Position numbers and translations under genes: made by a program. A stretch of 57,529 nucleotides of DNA, the filler included, from Circinaria calcarea (Eukaryota): NCBI GenBank assembly GCA_051942165.1. It is 6 parts of 6 records of this genome, joined end to end, with 100 filler letters (N's around TTAATTAATTAA, not from the genome) between each part and the next. Parts side by side here need not be neighbours in the genome. Positions count along the whole stretch, not along the records: positions 9,623 to 19,139 come from JAVECS010000922.1; positions 19,240 to 28,742 come from JAVECS010000923.1; 4 more parts are not named here. One strand, 5' to 3'. Positions 13,420 to 25,964 of the stretch are shown piece after piece (the stretch's first letter is position 1; each line of letters starts with the position of its first letter). The notes under the pieces were generated by a model. The model saw only the letters and a program-made list of their open reading frames with translations. It did not search any database and was not told where the DNA came from.

Positions 13420-14505
13420 ATGTCCTCCATCGTCAGCAAGATCAAGGACAACGTTGCGGGCACCTCCACCCCCTCAGGCCAGCACCTTGCCGCCATTCTT
13501 CCCTCAAAGGGCTCCGCCTTCGAAATCACCTACCGCCCAACGCCTACCCCGGGTCCCAATGAGCTTCTCGTCGAAGTGAAATCCATCGCACTCAACCCGA
13601 TCGACCACTATCAGTTCTATCGAGGCTTTCCCCCTATATCATACCCCGCGATCCTGGGCTCTGACATTGCAGGGACCGTAATTTCTACCGGCTCCTCCGT
13701 GCCCTCAGATGCTCCCAAACCGGGTACCCGTATCGCTGCCTTCGCGCCTTGTTTCTTTATGCAAGGCGCCTTAGACTACGGTGCCTTCCAAACACGTGTG
13801 CTTGTTCCCGCTGCGGACGCGGTGCCACTACCGCAGGCGATGAGCTTCAACGAGGCAAGTCTACTCCCCATGGCGGTGTTGACGGCATGGTCCGGGTGGT
13901 ACACTATCGGTCTAGCACGTGACACGGTGTACACGGCTGCGGACAAGAAGGGGATGTTGGTCTGGGGTGGAGCGAGCAGTGTGGGCAGCGCGGCGGTGCA
14001 GGTTGCGAAATTGATGGGGTTCAGCGTTTATGTTACGGCGAGTGAGAAGCATCATGAGTATCTGAAGGGTTTGGGGGCGAGCAAAGTGTTTGACTACAAG
14101 GGCGAGCATGTGGTGGAGAGTATCGTGAAGGCAGCGAAAGAGGATGGGGTGACGGTTCAGACGGGTTTTGATGCGGTTGGCCAATTGCAATCGTGCCTGG
14201 AGATCTTGAAGGAGCTAAAGGGAGAAGGAACGGCGAAGTTGGCTTCGGCGGCTCTACTGCCGGAGGATCCGCCGACGATGGAGGGCGTGGAGGTGGCATT
14301 TGTTGCAGGGCCAACGGACGAGAAGGAGAGGACAGAGCACTTTCACTTCATTTTTGGGGTCTGGCTAAAGGAGAAGTTAGAGAAGGGAGATTTCGTGCCG
14401 AGTCCGAAGATTCGAGTGATTGAGGGAGGCCTGGAGTCACTGGAAAAGGGGTTGGATGAGTTGAGGAAGGGAGTCAGTGGGACGAAGCTTGTGCTTGAGG
14501 TTTGA
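13420..14505 (+). CDS. MDR-family zinc-independent oxidoreductase / trans-enoyl reductase-like (TOXD/LovC-like)
   Basis: Intronless; SIALNPID, ILGSDIAGTV and Rossmann motif LVWGGASSVGSAAVQ; ends GVSGTKLVLEV. Confidence 0.9.
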   Translation: MSSIVSKIKDNVAGTSTPSGQHLAAILPSKGSAFEITYRPTPTPGPNELLVEVKSIALNPIDHYQFYRGFPPISYPAILGSDIAGTVISTGSSVPSDAPKPGTRIAAFAPCFFMQGALDYGAFQTRVLVPAADAVPLPQAMSFNEASLLPMAVLTAWSGWYTIGLARDTVYTAADKKGMLVWGGASSVGSAAVQVAKLMGFSVYVTASEKHHEYLKGLGASKVFDYKGEHVVESIVKAAKEDGVTVQTGFDAVGQLQSCLEILKELKGEGTAKLASAALLPEDPPTMEGVEVAFVAGPTDEKERTEHFHFIFGVWLKEKLEKGDFVPSPKIRVIEGGLESLEKGLDELRKGVSGTKLVLEV

Positions 14506-15471
14506 GGAGGCGACGCTTGTGCATACAATTGAGCGCTGTGGGTCGTTGGCAATCCTTACTATACCGACTATCTAGCAAGACTTAAACTCTGCCCCAATGG
14601 ACCACGGAAACAGGAGCTTAGTCGGCCAATTAAATTAACGCCAATCTAGTATTAAAGGAGCTAAGCTCCTATCAACGTAACGGGATCGTACCAAGAGAGT
14701 AGATGCAAATACTGCGTGACCAGAGTATAAATTGAGCCATTGGAAAAGGAACGAATACCCAAGCTGCAGATTCGGCAATAGCAGTACCTAGCTTATAGTG
14801 AGTTCTCGGCCATTGAATAGTATTATTGGCTGTGCAGCGACTTTTCGGTACCGGTGGAGTGTTGAAGAAGGGTGGGTTCCTTGATGATGAAGTATTATTT
14901 GTTGTGTGATGGTATCAAACAGTGCTGATTCGTCGTTTTGTTTTCATTAGGGCTTGGGATTGCCGTTGTCTGCCGAAATTGGGAGGTTTCGCTGAGTTCT
15001 GTTATGCTCGGATAATGTTAGGCAGGCGCGGGAATAACTGTTCTCCCAGCGAATTCATTACCCTGCCGAGCCTTTACATAGCTCCGTTGTGGTTCCACAA
15101 CGGAGCTATGTTATACTAGTGGACTTGTTCTGACCAATACAGAGTTGTAGATTCTGAGCCGGCAAGGTCCGCCTGTCCTCTAGACTATACCATATTAAGC
15201 TTAGGGTGTCCGTACCGACCTTCCGTACATAAACAAACTCCTTACATAGTACAAAATTCAGCGAAACCTCCCAATTGCTTATCTCCCCCCCAAACGTCGA
15301 TCGCGAAGCTAAGATATCGGATTGGGGTTTCGGTAGAGATTGCCGAAGATCTTTTCTAAACTGGTCGAGCCTTCGGGATTCATATTAAGGAAACCCATCC
15401 ATCAATCATGGCGGGTCCAGCTCGTACAAACCTGCGGACTACCGCAGTTGCTCGAGGAGTCCTTCGGAATC

Positions 15472-17232
15472 ATGGCGTCCAATAACCCCGGCTTCGCTAT
15501 GATGCCCAAGGCAGAGGATCCTCAAAAAGGCGGAATCGAAGCCTTTGCTGCCGCCGACGATGAGCATCCTGTTACGCCAGACCAATTCGATCCCAAGTTT
15601 GAGACGGGAAGATGGGAGACCTGGGCTTACTATACCTACTACATTGGCAACAATGGTCTTACCTTGTTCAACTTTGCGCCAACAGCGTTCCAGAACCTGT
15701 TGTATCAGGCAGCGGGCGATGCGGAGACTTTAAGATTTGCAGGGAAGGAGAGAACTATCAACAGCATTGTGCTGTCGGCCAATGGAATCAGCTTTGCCAT
15801 CCAAATTGTATTGTTCCTTATCATAGGGAGCTATGCCGGTAGGAGCCTTCCCCTTAAGCCCACTGCAGATGCAGCAATATCAGGGAGCTTGGGACCCATC
15901 ACCCCGTAACGACTGACACGATACAGACTATGGACGATCGAGGCCCAATATCCTTATCTTTTGGTCCATTCTCGCCTTTGGAATTGGCTTTGGTTGGCTG
16001 GGTGTACATGCACCAGAAAAATGGGAAGTTGCAGCCGGGATGTATATAGTTGGATGTACGTAGGATACGCCCTCATAACCTTTCACTCACTATCAATACT
16101 CATAGGAATGCCAGTGATTGCATATCAGATGACCCTTACTTTTTGGACGGCTGCGTTTCCAGGACTAGCAAGAAACACTCCTCAGCTTCGACTAAAAGCA
16201 GAAGAGTACGCGGCGGGCACTATATCGCGCGATGATTACGACTATGCAGACACTATGCAGAGAAGCAGGCTCTCGAACATGGCATTCTACATCCAGTCCT
16301 TAGGCGAGATTGTTATTCTGGCGATCATTGTTGGGGTGCTATACGGTGTGAACGTCAAGGCCAGTCAAGCAAATAACAACTGGGGATTGAGTGTCTTGAT
16401 AGCATTCGCAACAGGCGTTTGGGTATTATTCGCTATCCCCTGGTTCGTTTTGGAGAAGAGAAGGCCTGGCCAAACACTTCCCCCGAATATGAATATCGTC
16501 ATGGTAGGCTTTTGGCAGCTATATCATGCACTCACGCAAATCTGGAAGCTAAAGCAAAGCCTTATTTACCTTTTTGGTTACTTTCTTCTGGGTGATTCCC
16601 TCAACACCACAGTCACGGTAATTGCAACGCTTCAGAATAGCGTTGTCGCATATGACACCCTCACCTTAACCTATCTCCTCCTAGTTGGAATAGCCGCGCA
16701 AGCCGTAGGTATCTATTCCTTCTGGTGGGTTCAGCAGCGATTCCAACTCAGTACCAAAACCATGTTCAATGCGATCATGATCGGAATCATCCTCCTCGAC
16801 GGATGGGGCATGATCGGAATCTGGACGCAGCGGTTCGGCTTCCACCACGTATGGGAATTCTGGGTCTACCAAGTTTGGTATTCTCTCTTTGTTTGTCCCT
16901 GGTATTCATATAGCCAAATCATGATATCGGAAGTTACTCCGCGTGGCAAAGAGTTTCTTTTCTTTTCTCTATTCAGCATCATCGGGAAGACGTCTGCCTT
17001 TATTGGGCCCTTGGTTTCCAGCGCCATTATTGATGACACCATCACCGCGTCAAACCCTACTGGCAATAATTCCGCGCCGTTTTATTTCTTATTCGGCCTG
17101 AGTGTGTTGAGTTTTATGGGATTGGTATGTTTTCTTGATCTAAAGAAAAGTCGTGTGGAGCAGGCTAGATTTCTGGAGGACGAAAAGATATTAAGGGAGA
17201 AGGCTGGGGAAGTGGACGACGTGGGTAGTTAG
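15472..17232 (+). CDS. Atg22-like MFS vacuolar effluxer/transporter
   Basis: Introns 15839-15926 and 16056-16114; WETWAYYTYYIGNNG, IGSYADYG, SEVTPRGKEFLFFSLFSIIGKTSAFIGP; many hydrophobic helices. Confidence 0.85.
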
Positions 17233-17811
17233 CAGCCAACGTTTCTGAAAGAAGATAGACAAGGCCTCCTTGGAAGAGCTCGTTCATAGCTCAGCAAGGC
17301 GCTTTGAGATACTACCAAATAATGTATATGGATATACACATACTACTTTTGAGGATCTATCGCGTCAGAGACACCCAACGGAACATAGAAAAGGCGTCTA
17401 ATTTTTCTGTATTATTCCACTTCCCTACGCTTATGGTCTAACTTTGCTGTCTGATCGCATCTCAATTACCATCCGGCTTGTAGGGCTAGATAATGCAGCA
17501 CGTGATACGTCGCCCTACGAAAGTTGTTTCCAAACGGACAACCCTTTAGATTCTCCTCAGGACTATCACCTTGAAGAGAGTCTAGAGCCTTGCTATGTAA
17601 ATCTACTGTGGTATTTATGGTTACATTGCCCGTTATTGAACCCCTCCCGAATTGATGCTGACTCGGTGGGGCTGTGCAGAATCGCGTCAAGGCAGATTTT
17701 TCCTCGAGCTGAAGTACATTACTATCCCTGTCAGTACAATTAGGCTGCCTTCCCCGTGGCCTCAGCAATCATGAAGATTACGAGTCATTTAATCTCTGTT
17801 GGAAGCCCATT

Positions 17812-19139
17812 ATGGCCTCAGCCTCAGCCTCTACTGCCTCCTATGAACTGGAGCAATTTTCGTTTTCGCCACGGCCAATCCGCAGTGCTTCTTCTATTGC
17901 CGACTTTGGTAAAGAGACTACCAATCCACAAGTCGGGTTGAAAAGAGGTGGTCTCAACCGAGACCATAGCTTTCATAGCGATCCAGTAGTCGCTATATCC
18001 TCGAAGAAGCTTCAATCCCTCATCGACGCTCTCCTTGCGACTACGCTTGCTTTACGACAAAGCCTACCTGGCTTATCTACCAAAAATGACCTTGAAGAGG
18101 GTAGAGAGATCATAGAGTCACGGTCAGGCCCGAGAAGGTCATCTGCTGGAAGAACAGTCGGAAATAGAATCTATGGCGTTGATGGCCTACAAACCATATT
18201 GGATACACCGCGAGCGGAGAGCTTTGTTCTAGCGGAGGAGGGTATAAGAGACATTCAAGCATTCTGTCAAGGTACATGTTCCCACAAGACCCGGATCTAC
18301 GGCAGTAACTAAATTCCAGAAGCTCACCCTCAGTCAAGACTTGATGATCCACGTGGTCCTGATCAATGGAGGCAACTCTCACTTCATCATACTCTCTTCG
18401 CTGAAAGCAAGATTCCAGATTGTTTTTCGACAAGTCCACGGAAAGCCTTACAGGCAAAGGTCCTGCAAGCTCTCTTTGGCATCCGAGGTCTGAGTCATAC
18501 GTTCAGCGAGTGGGCTCTGGAAGAAGTCCCGTGGGATCTATGTATAGGCCCATTCCTTGTACTACTTGGTCAAAATTATGCTGGACAGGTCACTCCCAGT
18601 TATCCTCCAAATGCCGGCGATGACGCTTCGGAGAAGATGTTCGAAATCCTGGCAGCGATCTGTCGAGCCACTTATGACAGTCTGACAGGAGACGAAAGGA
18701 TGAACTGGAGTCGGTTGACCTTTGGAGCCTGCCTAAAGGAATGCTACCGCCAGGGATTACTTCATCCAAACAAAGGCGACATACAAATTCACGCTGGATA
18801 TATCCTAAAGGCCATCCGACTGGTTAGCATAGATTTTACGGGCCCTATATCCGTCTCCTCATACTTGGCTGCCCATCCATCTTTGGAAGATATAACGAAG
18901 ACGCGCTTGAGTACGATATTCTGTAAAGGACGTCCAGACTCACATCGACACATGAAGTCCTCTTCTCCTTTGAACGCCTCGCCTAGCGATGAAATGCTAG
19001 AACTGCGTGACATCAACATCAGAATCTTAACGTCGATCGGCAGGATCAAAATAGTATGGACCTCTCGCCTGCATGAGCATTTGCAACTAGACCTTGGGCA
19101 AGGGTACAATCATTTGAAGGTATACTGGTTTGCTAAGAC
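17812..19139 (+). CDS. Hypothetical protein, 3'-truncated by the contig end
   Basis: Intron 18272-18319 joins ORF 17812 in frame to ORF 18637. Ends with LTSIGRIKIVWTSRLHEHLQLD..LKVYWF, which resembles a recurrent uncharacterised fungal motif. Confidence 0.6.
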
Positions 19140-19239
19140 NNNNNNNNNNNNNNNNNNNNNNNNNNNNNNNNNNNNNNNNNNNNTTAATTAATTAANNNNN
19201 NNNNNNNNNNNNNNNNNNNNNNNNNNNNNNNNNNNNNNN
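19140..19239. other. Artificial contig linker
   Basis: N44-TTAATTAATTAA-N44. Confidence 0.98.
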
Positions 19240-20835
19240 TCTCCGGGGTGGAATTCGCAGAGGTGGGCCTTCAATGTCTCAAGTCTAGGTGAGCAGCATG
19301 GTTTCTATTACTGCTGCCACCGTAGCTTCTAGTAACGCGCTGACCTGATCTGTAGGTCCAGGAAAGGTTTAAGGGAGGACACGGTTCCTTCCCGATACGA
19401 GATACGATTCGCGGGATATTGATCATAAAAGTTTCTCGACCTGGAGGAATTGACTTGGAGACAACGAAAGGTTGTGCATAGGAGATGGGGCCGAGAGGGG
19501 TTTACGCGGCCATTAGCGGCTGGATAGAGCCAGTGTACGACCTCTGTAAAACAGTATAATCTTAATTACTCCAGACACCTGCGAGGTATCCATTGTCCAA
19601 GAAATGTTCTCCCATTCGAACTCTATATATATGCCGTGTAACTTCCATGAATCCAAATCAATTCTTCGAGTCCGGAGAACTGCCCGAGGCGCAATGCCAT
19701 CTCGTCTGCATCCCCGATCTTGGTCGGGCCCAGCCAAGCCCCTTTGCCCCAAATGTGCCTCGAACCACCACACCTCCAACCCACCACCCTATCAACTGCA
19801 GCTTGCCATGCCGTGCGTCGTAATCCGCAATCGATCGGGCAGACCTGCATTTTTATATAATCTCAGCGGCATCCACTCGTTCTTCCACCGGATCTCAATC
19901 AAGAACCGGTGGGGAAACCTTTGGATTTCGAGGCTCGTTGTCGCCATTACCTTTTACTGATGAAAGTGCCTTGCGGGATCACTTGTGGTGGCTATGGGGG
20001 TGCTGGTGAAGCCTTGGCCGGTGCCGAGGGTTGGTGGTTCGCATTGGGGGTTAATGGCCTCTCTCGTGTCTTTTAGATCTTGTCCTGTGCCCCGTTTTCT
20101 TTCCTCTTTCTTACTTCTTTGCCTTCTTCGCACGCGCACAATCCTGAGTGCGCTGCCTGCTGTCCTGATCTTCCGCGCCAGACGTTTTTGCTTTTGCTGT
20201 TGCTGTTGCTCTTCGTTGGGTCGCATTCTGCCGAAGCATGTAAGCTTGCCTCGTTTACTGTATTGTCCTCAATACCAGGAACTGATAAAGCTTCTTTTAG
20301 AAAGGGAGGGCTTCCACGTTACTCAATGACCACGTATGATCCTCAAGGACCTCAATGTCATGGCCAACGGTCCTTGACAGGACCTGGCAGCTTACTTCGT
20401 CACAGGGAGTGCGTGATGCATACGCTCCCAATAATTGCATACTACCACCACCTAGACTGCGACTGACAACGCCGTTGCCAACCAACATTGGATCGGATCA
20501 GATCAGAACGACCTTACTTGCCTCACTCATCGCAAGCTCCATACTCCTCAGCATCTTGTAACACGGCCCTCTGTGCCATGTTATCATTTCCTTCAGTTGC
20601 TGTGTACTAGGACCAAGATCTCGAGATCCGGAGCCTTATCAATTGCCAAGCTAGTAAAATATACCTTTCATGTGCATACAGGACCCTATGGTGCAAGGGT
20701 ATTTGTGTGCCATCATTAGGATTTGGACGGTTAGCCTAAGCGTACGGAACGCCACCTAGCTTGAAATTTTGGTATGCGACTGGGACAAAACAACAGACTT
20801 TCCGTCGCAGCATAAATATACCGGACAGACTGACG

Positions 20836-22519
20836 ATGGACCAAATGAATGCCAATACCAGGAACAGTACTCTAGTCCCGGAGGATGTCAACGAAACCCA
20901 TGGCCATGCTGAGTTTTGGTACAATGAGCAGAGCTTAATGACTTCGACTTTGTGTCAGTTTGATAATGGTGGGATGGACATATCCCCACAGACCATACCC
21001 GACCCGCTGTGGAAAGACCTTGATCAAGAAAGCAACTATACGAGCGCTGCAGGTGTTCCAGAACAAATGGAGATCCAATACGATCTATTTCCAGCAGGTT
21101 TCCACCTGGCTCAAACTGACAGCTATGAGGCCGATTTTGGTAATTACCCCCCGGATCCCCTCCAGGAGGGTTTGGAGCCGCATGCACCAGTATATGATGA
21201 CCTGTATCCTGTTTCAACTCGAAATAATTCCATAGTTGAGCAGAGCTCAATTCCTGAACATCCCTCTCTCCCGCTGGCAAGATATACTAATGAAGGAGCT
21301 TCCTGGGCGTACGTTGCTCCAGTACTCAATTCTAATGGCCCTGCGGGAATGCCACTCTTCCAGACCAGGTCTCCAGTTCGGAACGAAGGCTATCCTCAAG
21401 GTCCTTATGTCGAGCCTGCGCCTGATTGTGATGCTCTTAATTACCAGCAGCTTCAGCCTGCATGTGAAAAATTCCAAACTCAGGGTCAAAGTTATGAAGT
21501 GCCACTAACCCAAGGATCGGGGGGCTCCTGTCATACTTCTGGTTCAGGCCCAGATCCGAGAGGACACTCTCTAGACGGTGGCTACCTTCGTTTTGCCTAC
21601 GATGAACCCCCCTTTGAACATGATACGTCTCAGTACATAACAAGACATAGCGGGGAATCCAACCAGACGTCCCTGAGCCAAGGTATACAGTACATAACAA
21701 GACATAGCGGGGAATCCAACCAGACGTCCCTGAGCCAAGGTATATCTGGGGTGACACCTCGCCCTAGATTACAGGGATCTTCGCCTGGTATTTTCCCAAG
21801 TCACGGTGACCGTCGTTCCCCTGCAAGCCACGTAGTTCTCCAGGCAGTTATACCAGACAATTACCCTAGTGCTGGCCCATTTGCATCCACTGCAGGGAAT
21901 TCTTTGGTCGGAAGCTCCCATGAGCGTATCTCCAGTCGTATGGGTCACAAAGCCAGTCTGGCGGGCCGTGAAACCCAAACGACTGGGTATGTGCACACTC
22001 AACCTGAAGTAGCATGGATTACTGACAGAGAAGCCATGTCAGCGCCCTATGCTGGAGCTCAAGATTCTCATGGTGGGCAGCCAGAATTAGTTCTCGTTCC
22101 TGCCGAGCCACTTTCAGCCTATCGGACTGCCATTTCTAGGACGAGGCGTTCATCTGCCCATCCGCTACAGATCATATTGCCAGCAAGCAGCTCTTCGAGA
22201 CACATGACCCCTTCCTCAGATGGAGATCGACCAAGTATTGCGGCTTATCAAGAGTTTGATCAGAATATGAACAGTAGAAATCGACGACGGACAAGATATT
22301 TGTCGCCAAAAGGAAGAAAGCATGCTAGCGAGATGAGGAAGGTCGGATCTTGCAGGGAATGTCGTCGTAAGAAATCCAAGGTGAGCTTCTACGAAAATAT
22401 CTTTCGTATATCCGCTTATACAGCTGAATAAGTGCACACATCGATTGGAGGAGGACTTGTCTCCTCCGAGCCCAGCACAGACTTATGAAACTCCCTCCAC
22501 ACCGGGTTCAGCTGTCTAA
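20836..22519 (+). CDS. Putative transcription factor with a C-terminal basic/partial zinc-cluster motif
   Basis: Long low-complexity ORF ending RKHASEMRKVGSCRECRRKKSK; intron 22381-22432 adds CTH...AV*. Confidence 0.6.
21631..21744 (+). repeat. Perfect 57-bp in-frame tandem duplication
   Basis: 21631-21687 is identical to 21688-21744; encodes QYITRHSGESNQTSLSQGI twice. Confidence 0.95.
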
Positions 22520-24484
22520 GTTTGATAAGGCACAGTACCTGCTACTTTTGGATGTCCCAAGGAATATGTATATGTATGGTAGAGCATCAACTACCAATGA
22601 TGCCGGTCTCTACCTTGACTATATCATGTTTCTACTCTGTACTATGCAAACGCCATAAATTGCGTGGATGCCCAGGACTTTTTGGCTCGCTTTAGATCGG
22701 ATACGAAACTATCTGGATCTATTCAGTATCAGGGATGTACGGCCAGCTATCTCCGGATGAGAGCGACGTTTTCCAAGAAAGGTCATATCCATTTGGCAAT
22801 GCGGATACCTATCAGGGTTTTGACATCCATACTACCAAATCGTCTACACTTCACCTTTCTTTGAACGCTCTACTGCAATTGGCATTCTACTGTTCTCAAT
22901 CAGTGCTTCCATCATTCGTGTTATCACTTTACAAAGGACGGGCCATGTCATAGTGCAAGGTATAATTATTATAGGTCAATCCCAAGGGATTTAGGGTTTA
23001 CAGGCAATGCTAACGTTACTGCAATGTGGGGTAAAGGTACCAATGGAAGAGCCGTGTCTAGACCGTTGGGCATTTATGTTGAGGGGCCGAGGCGGTACTT
23101 GAAAGACTTTAATGCTTGTTCAACTTCACACCTGTCATTCGTATCTGGCTTTTCTGGGCTTGCACTATTGCTATCTACGGCGGTGTTATTGAGGCTACCT
23201 ACCATGTTTGGCATCACCGCTGGCGGTTTAGTCCTGTTTTACTATGGAAACCAAGGTTGCAATTTCCACTAAATGTAACTAAAAACTACTAAACTCTACT
23301 CAATGGCATTCATTTCACATTTCTATTGATACTTCCAATGAGATTGGCGAGGTTCTTGCCCGTATCACTTATGCCAAATTAGCAACCACCTTGACTACGT
23401 TTCGACCAATTGTTCATTACTTCTTTGCAGACATGATACCAATTCCCGAACCCAATGATCCTCCTTCACTCTCCCCTCCTTACGCCCCCATCTAACACTA
23501 CACTCTTTCCCAACCACCACCGTGACCGATGACTCCCTACCATCTATCTTCCTTTCTCCAACCCATCTCTCAACAAACAACCACAACCACAACGACCTTC
23601 TTCCAGATCCATCATCCCCTTAACGTCAGTCCAACCTCCAGCAGGCCGCAACCTTTATACTCACTATTATTTACCAGGAAAGCCCATCCTATCCATTCAC
23701 TCATCAGCCAAATCCCCCTTTTTTCCATTTAGAGGATATGATCACGTTTTACCCTTTTTTTCTCCTTCCTAAATCTCCTCCGTCTTGATCTGCGTGGCTA
23801 GGTAAACGATAGCTGAGGAATAATATGGCGCGGCGGGTCCTGGCTCAGGGTTTGGGAGAATTGACACTTGGAATGACAAAACCCGATTTCTTCGATTTTT
23901 ACCCCTACTCATATCCATGTGTCTTTCACTAAAACTTTCCCCGCTACACCCTCTCTTTATTCCCCTGTCCTGTACTGTCCTCTCCTTTCCTGTTCTCTCA
24001 CTATCCTATCCTATCCTATTCGCGCCCGGTTCTGTCCATCTATCTGCTCTGCCCCAACGCCCAATTTTCCCTTCCCTTCCCTTCCTTTCCCAACTTCCTT
24101 CCCGATAACTAAATGGCCATTCCATTTTTAACCATGCCAAACCACACGGCCTTTGCTTTCTGTGAAATCCGAACTCTCCGTTCTCCGTTCTCCGTCCTCC
24201 ATCCTCTGTTATCTCCGACAATGTAGGAGATTTTCCGAAAACGAGAATATATAACTAAGGGGGGGTGGGTAAAGGGCTTTATAGCTACCGCTTCTTCCTA
24301 CCGCTTTCTCTTCCTCCTTATTCCCTTCTACCTAAACAACCCTCCTTTTCTTCCTATAATAATCTGGAGGAAAATAAAGGTGCTCCGCCAATATTCCCAA
24401 GGGTGTCGGCCAAAGAAAAGAACGCTGTCGAGAATGGATGGGCTTTCGAGATCCTGAACATGGTGATGAAATATTTCAGGTCAC

Positions 24485-25022
24485 TGTTATGGCGCCACGC
24501 CATACTCAGGGTCCAGAGCCAAGAATGAACTAGCGGGTTCACTACACGTGACGGAGCAGAATGAGCAAGGTGAGTAGGGGAGTGCTCATGGTGCTCGGGG
24601 TGCTCGAGTGAGTAAGGTGAGTGGAATAAGTAAAGGAATGCTTAGAGTGCTTAAATTATTCAAAAAGTTGAAATACGGTGCATTCCTCCTTACTAGCGAG
24701 TTGCTATAAGCAACACCCAATAGGGAACACCATAGTAGTGGGCGAGTATATATCTCGCCCACATTGCGTAGCTATTTAGATAACCTTCAATGCAATAGTG
24801 GTTCCACCAACAGGTCGTGTAGTAGCACTCACCGTACTACATTCAACTTTTTTAAACAAATTTTAAAAATTATAACATTTTTATATTCTTTTATTTAATT
24901 TAAATATTTTAAGTATTATAAGCGTTATCTTGTTTATTCCGCCTAGTTTGCTCCATCACGTGTGGTGAACCTATTAGTCCATTCTTGGCTCTGGACCCTG
25001 AGTATGGCGTGGCGCTATAATA
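24485..25022. mobile_element. LTR-like element (24485-24841, TG..CA) followed by an inverted, transition-mutated copy of its 5' half (24842-25022)
   Basis: 24485-24558 versus the reverse complement of 24949-25022 gives 66/74 identity, and all 8 differences are transitions. The match continues inward with heavy G>A/C>T change. Confidence 0.7.
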
Positions 25023-25964
25023 AGGTAGTGGGCGTTTAAATAATGAAGAATTAGAGGATATATGGCATGAATTAACTACTACAGTATAATGCATATATAG
25101 GAAGAAGATCAAATAGTATTAGTATTGTATTCCTAACTACTATTCTGCTCTGCTAAAACGTGTAAAGAGTGTGTAAGTATTTAGAATCCGAGTCCTCCAT
25201 GCCCGCCTACCCACTCCATATGCGCGCCCAGTCACTAATCGCCTTAACTCCACCACACTTTTTATAATTATTTTTAATAATAACTTTAATTAAATTTAGG
25301 AAAGTTATTGTATAAGTTATCGACGGATGGGTTCCTGTGCTGTATAGTTTTTGTTATAAGACGTAAGATTGTGGTTTTTAGTTAAGCGTATCCCGACACT
25401 ACTCACTTAGCCACTTATCATCCTTGACGCTTGGAGACCTACCCTTCCCTGCAACTGATATTTTCATCTCAGAGGCGGAGCCTGAGGCTGAATCCCTCGA
25501 ATGCAAATATAGTTTATACCAACTTGCTTCGCGTTCCTACTTTGTCCGGTTGCAGGGCAGAATCCTCACCCGGTCTTGGCGAGGATTGATCTTTGTGGTA
25601 CCCGAGGTCACACTAACCCACGGCATGCCGGCCTGGTCCTGTTCCGAGCCCTCATTGGTTAAAGCTGTAGCCATGCCCCTGATGATCACCTGCAGCTAGC
25701 AGAAGCCTTTCCCGGGATCACTTTCCAATTGGTGAGTGATGACAGGGGAAAGAAGATGTCTTCAGGGACGAGACAGAAGTGGTAACTAACTAAGCCTCAC
25801 CGCGGATGATCAAACTGTCTGTGGGCGGCAGCATGGATGTAGATGATCTTGTACTACGGAGTCGCAGCCATATTGGTGCTGCGGCTCTTTTCTCTACATT
25901 TCTGTGTTCGTCTTCTGCTTATGAGGTGACCTTTTCTTTTCAAGTGTGAGAAAGCATCGTCGTT

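Noticed and set aside
13420..17232. Enoyl reductase plus MFS transporter as a secondary-metabolite cluster
   Set aside because: No PKS, NRPS or other backbone gene on this contig, and the transporter is Atg22-like.
23400..24250. CT-rich tracts with short ORFs
   Set aside because: Low-complexity pyrimidine runs; the ORFs are compositional artefacts.
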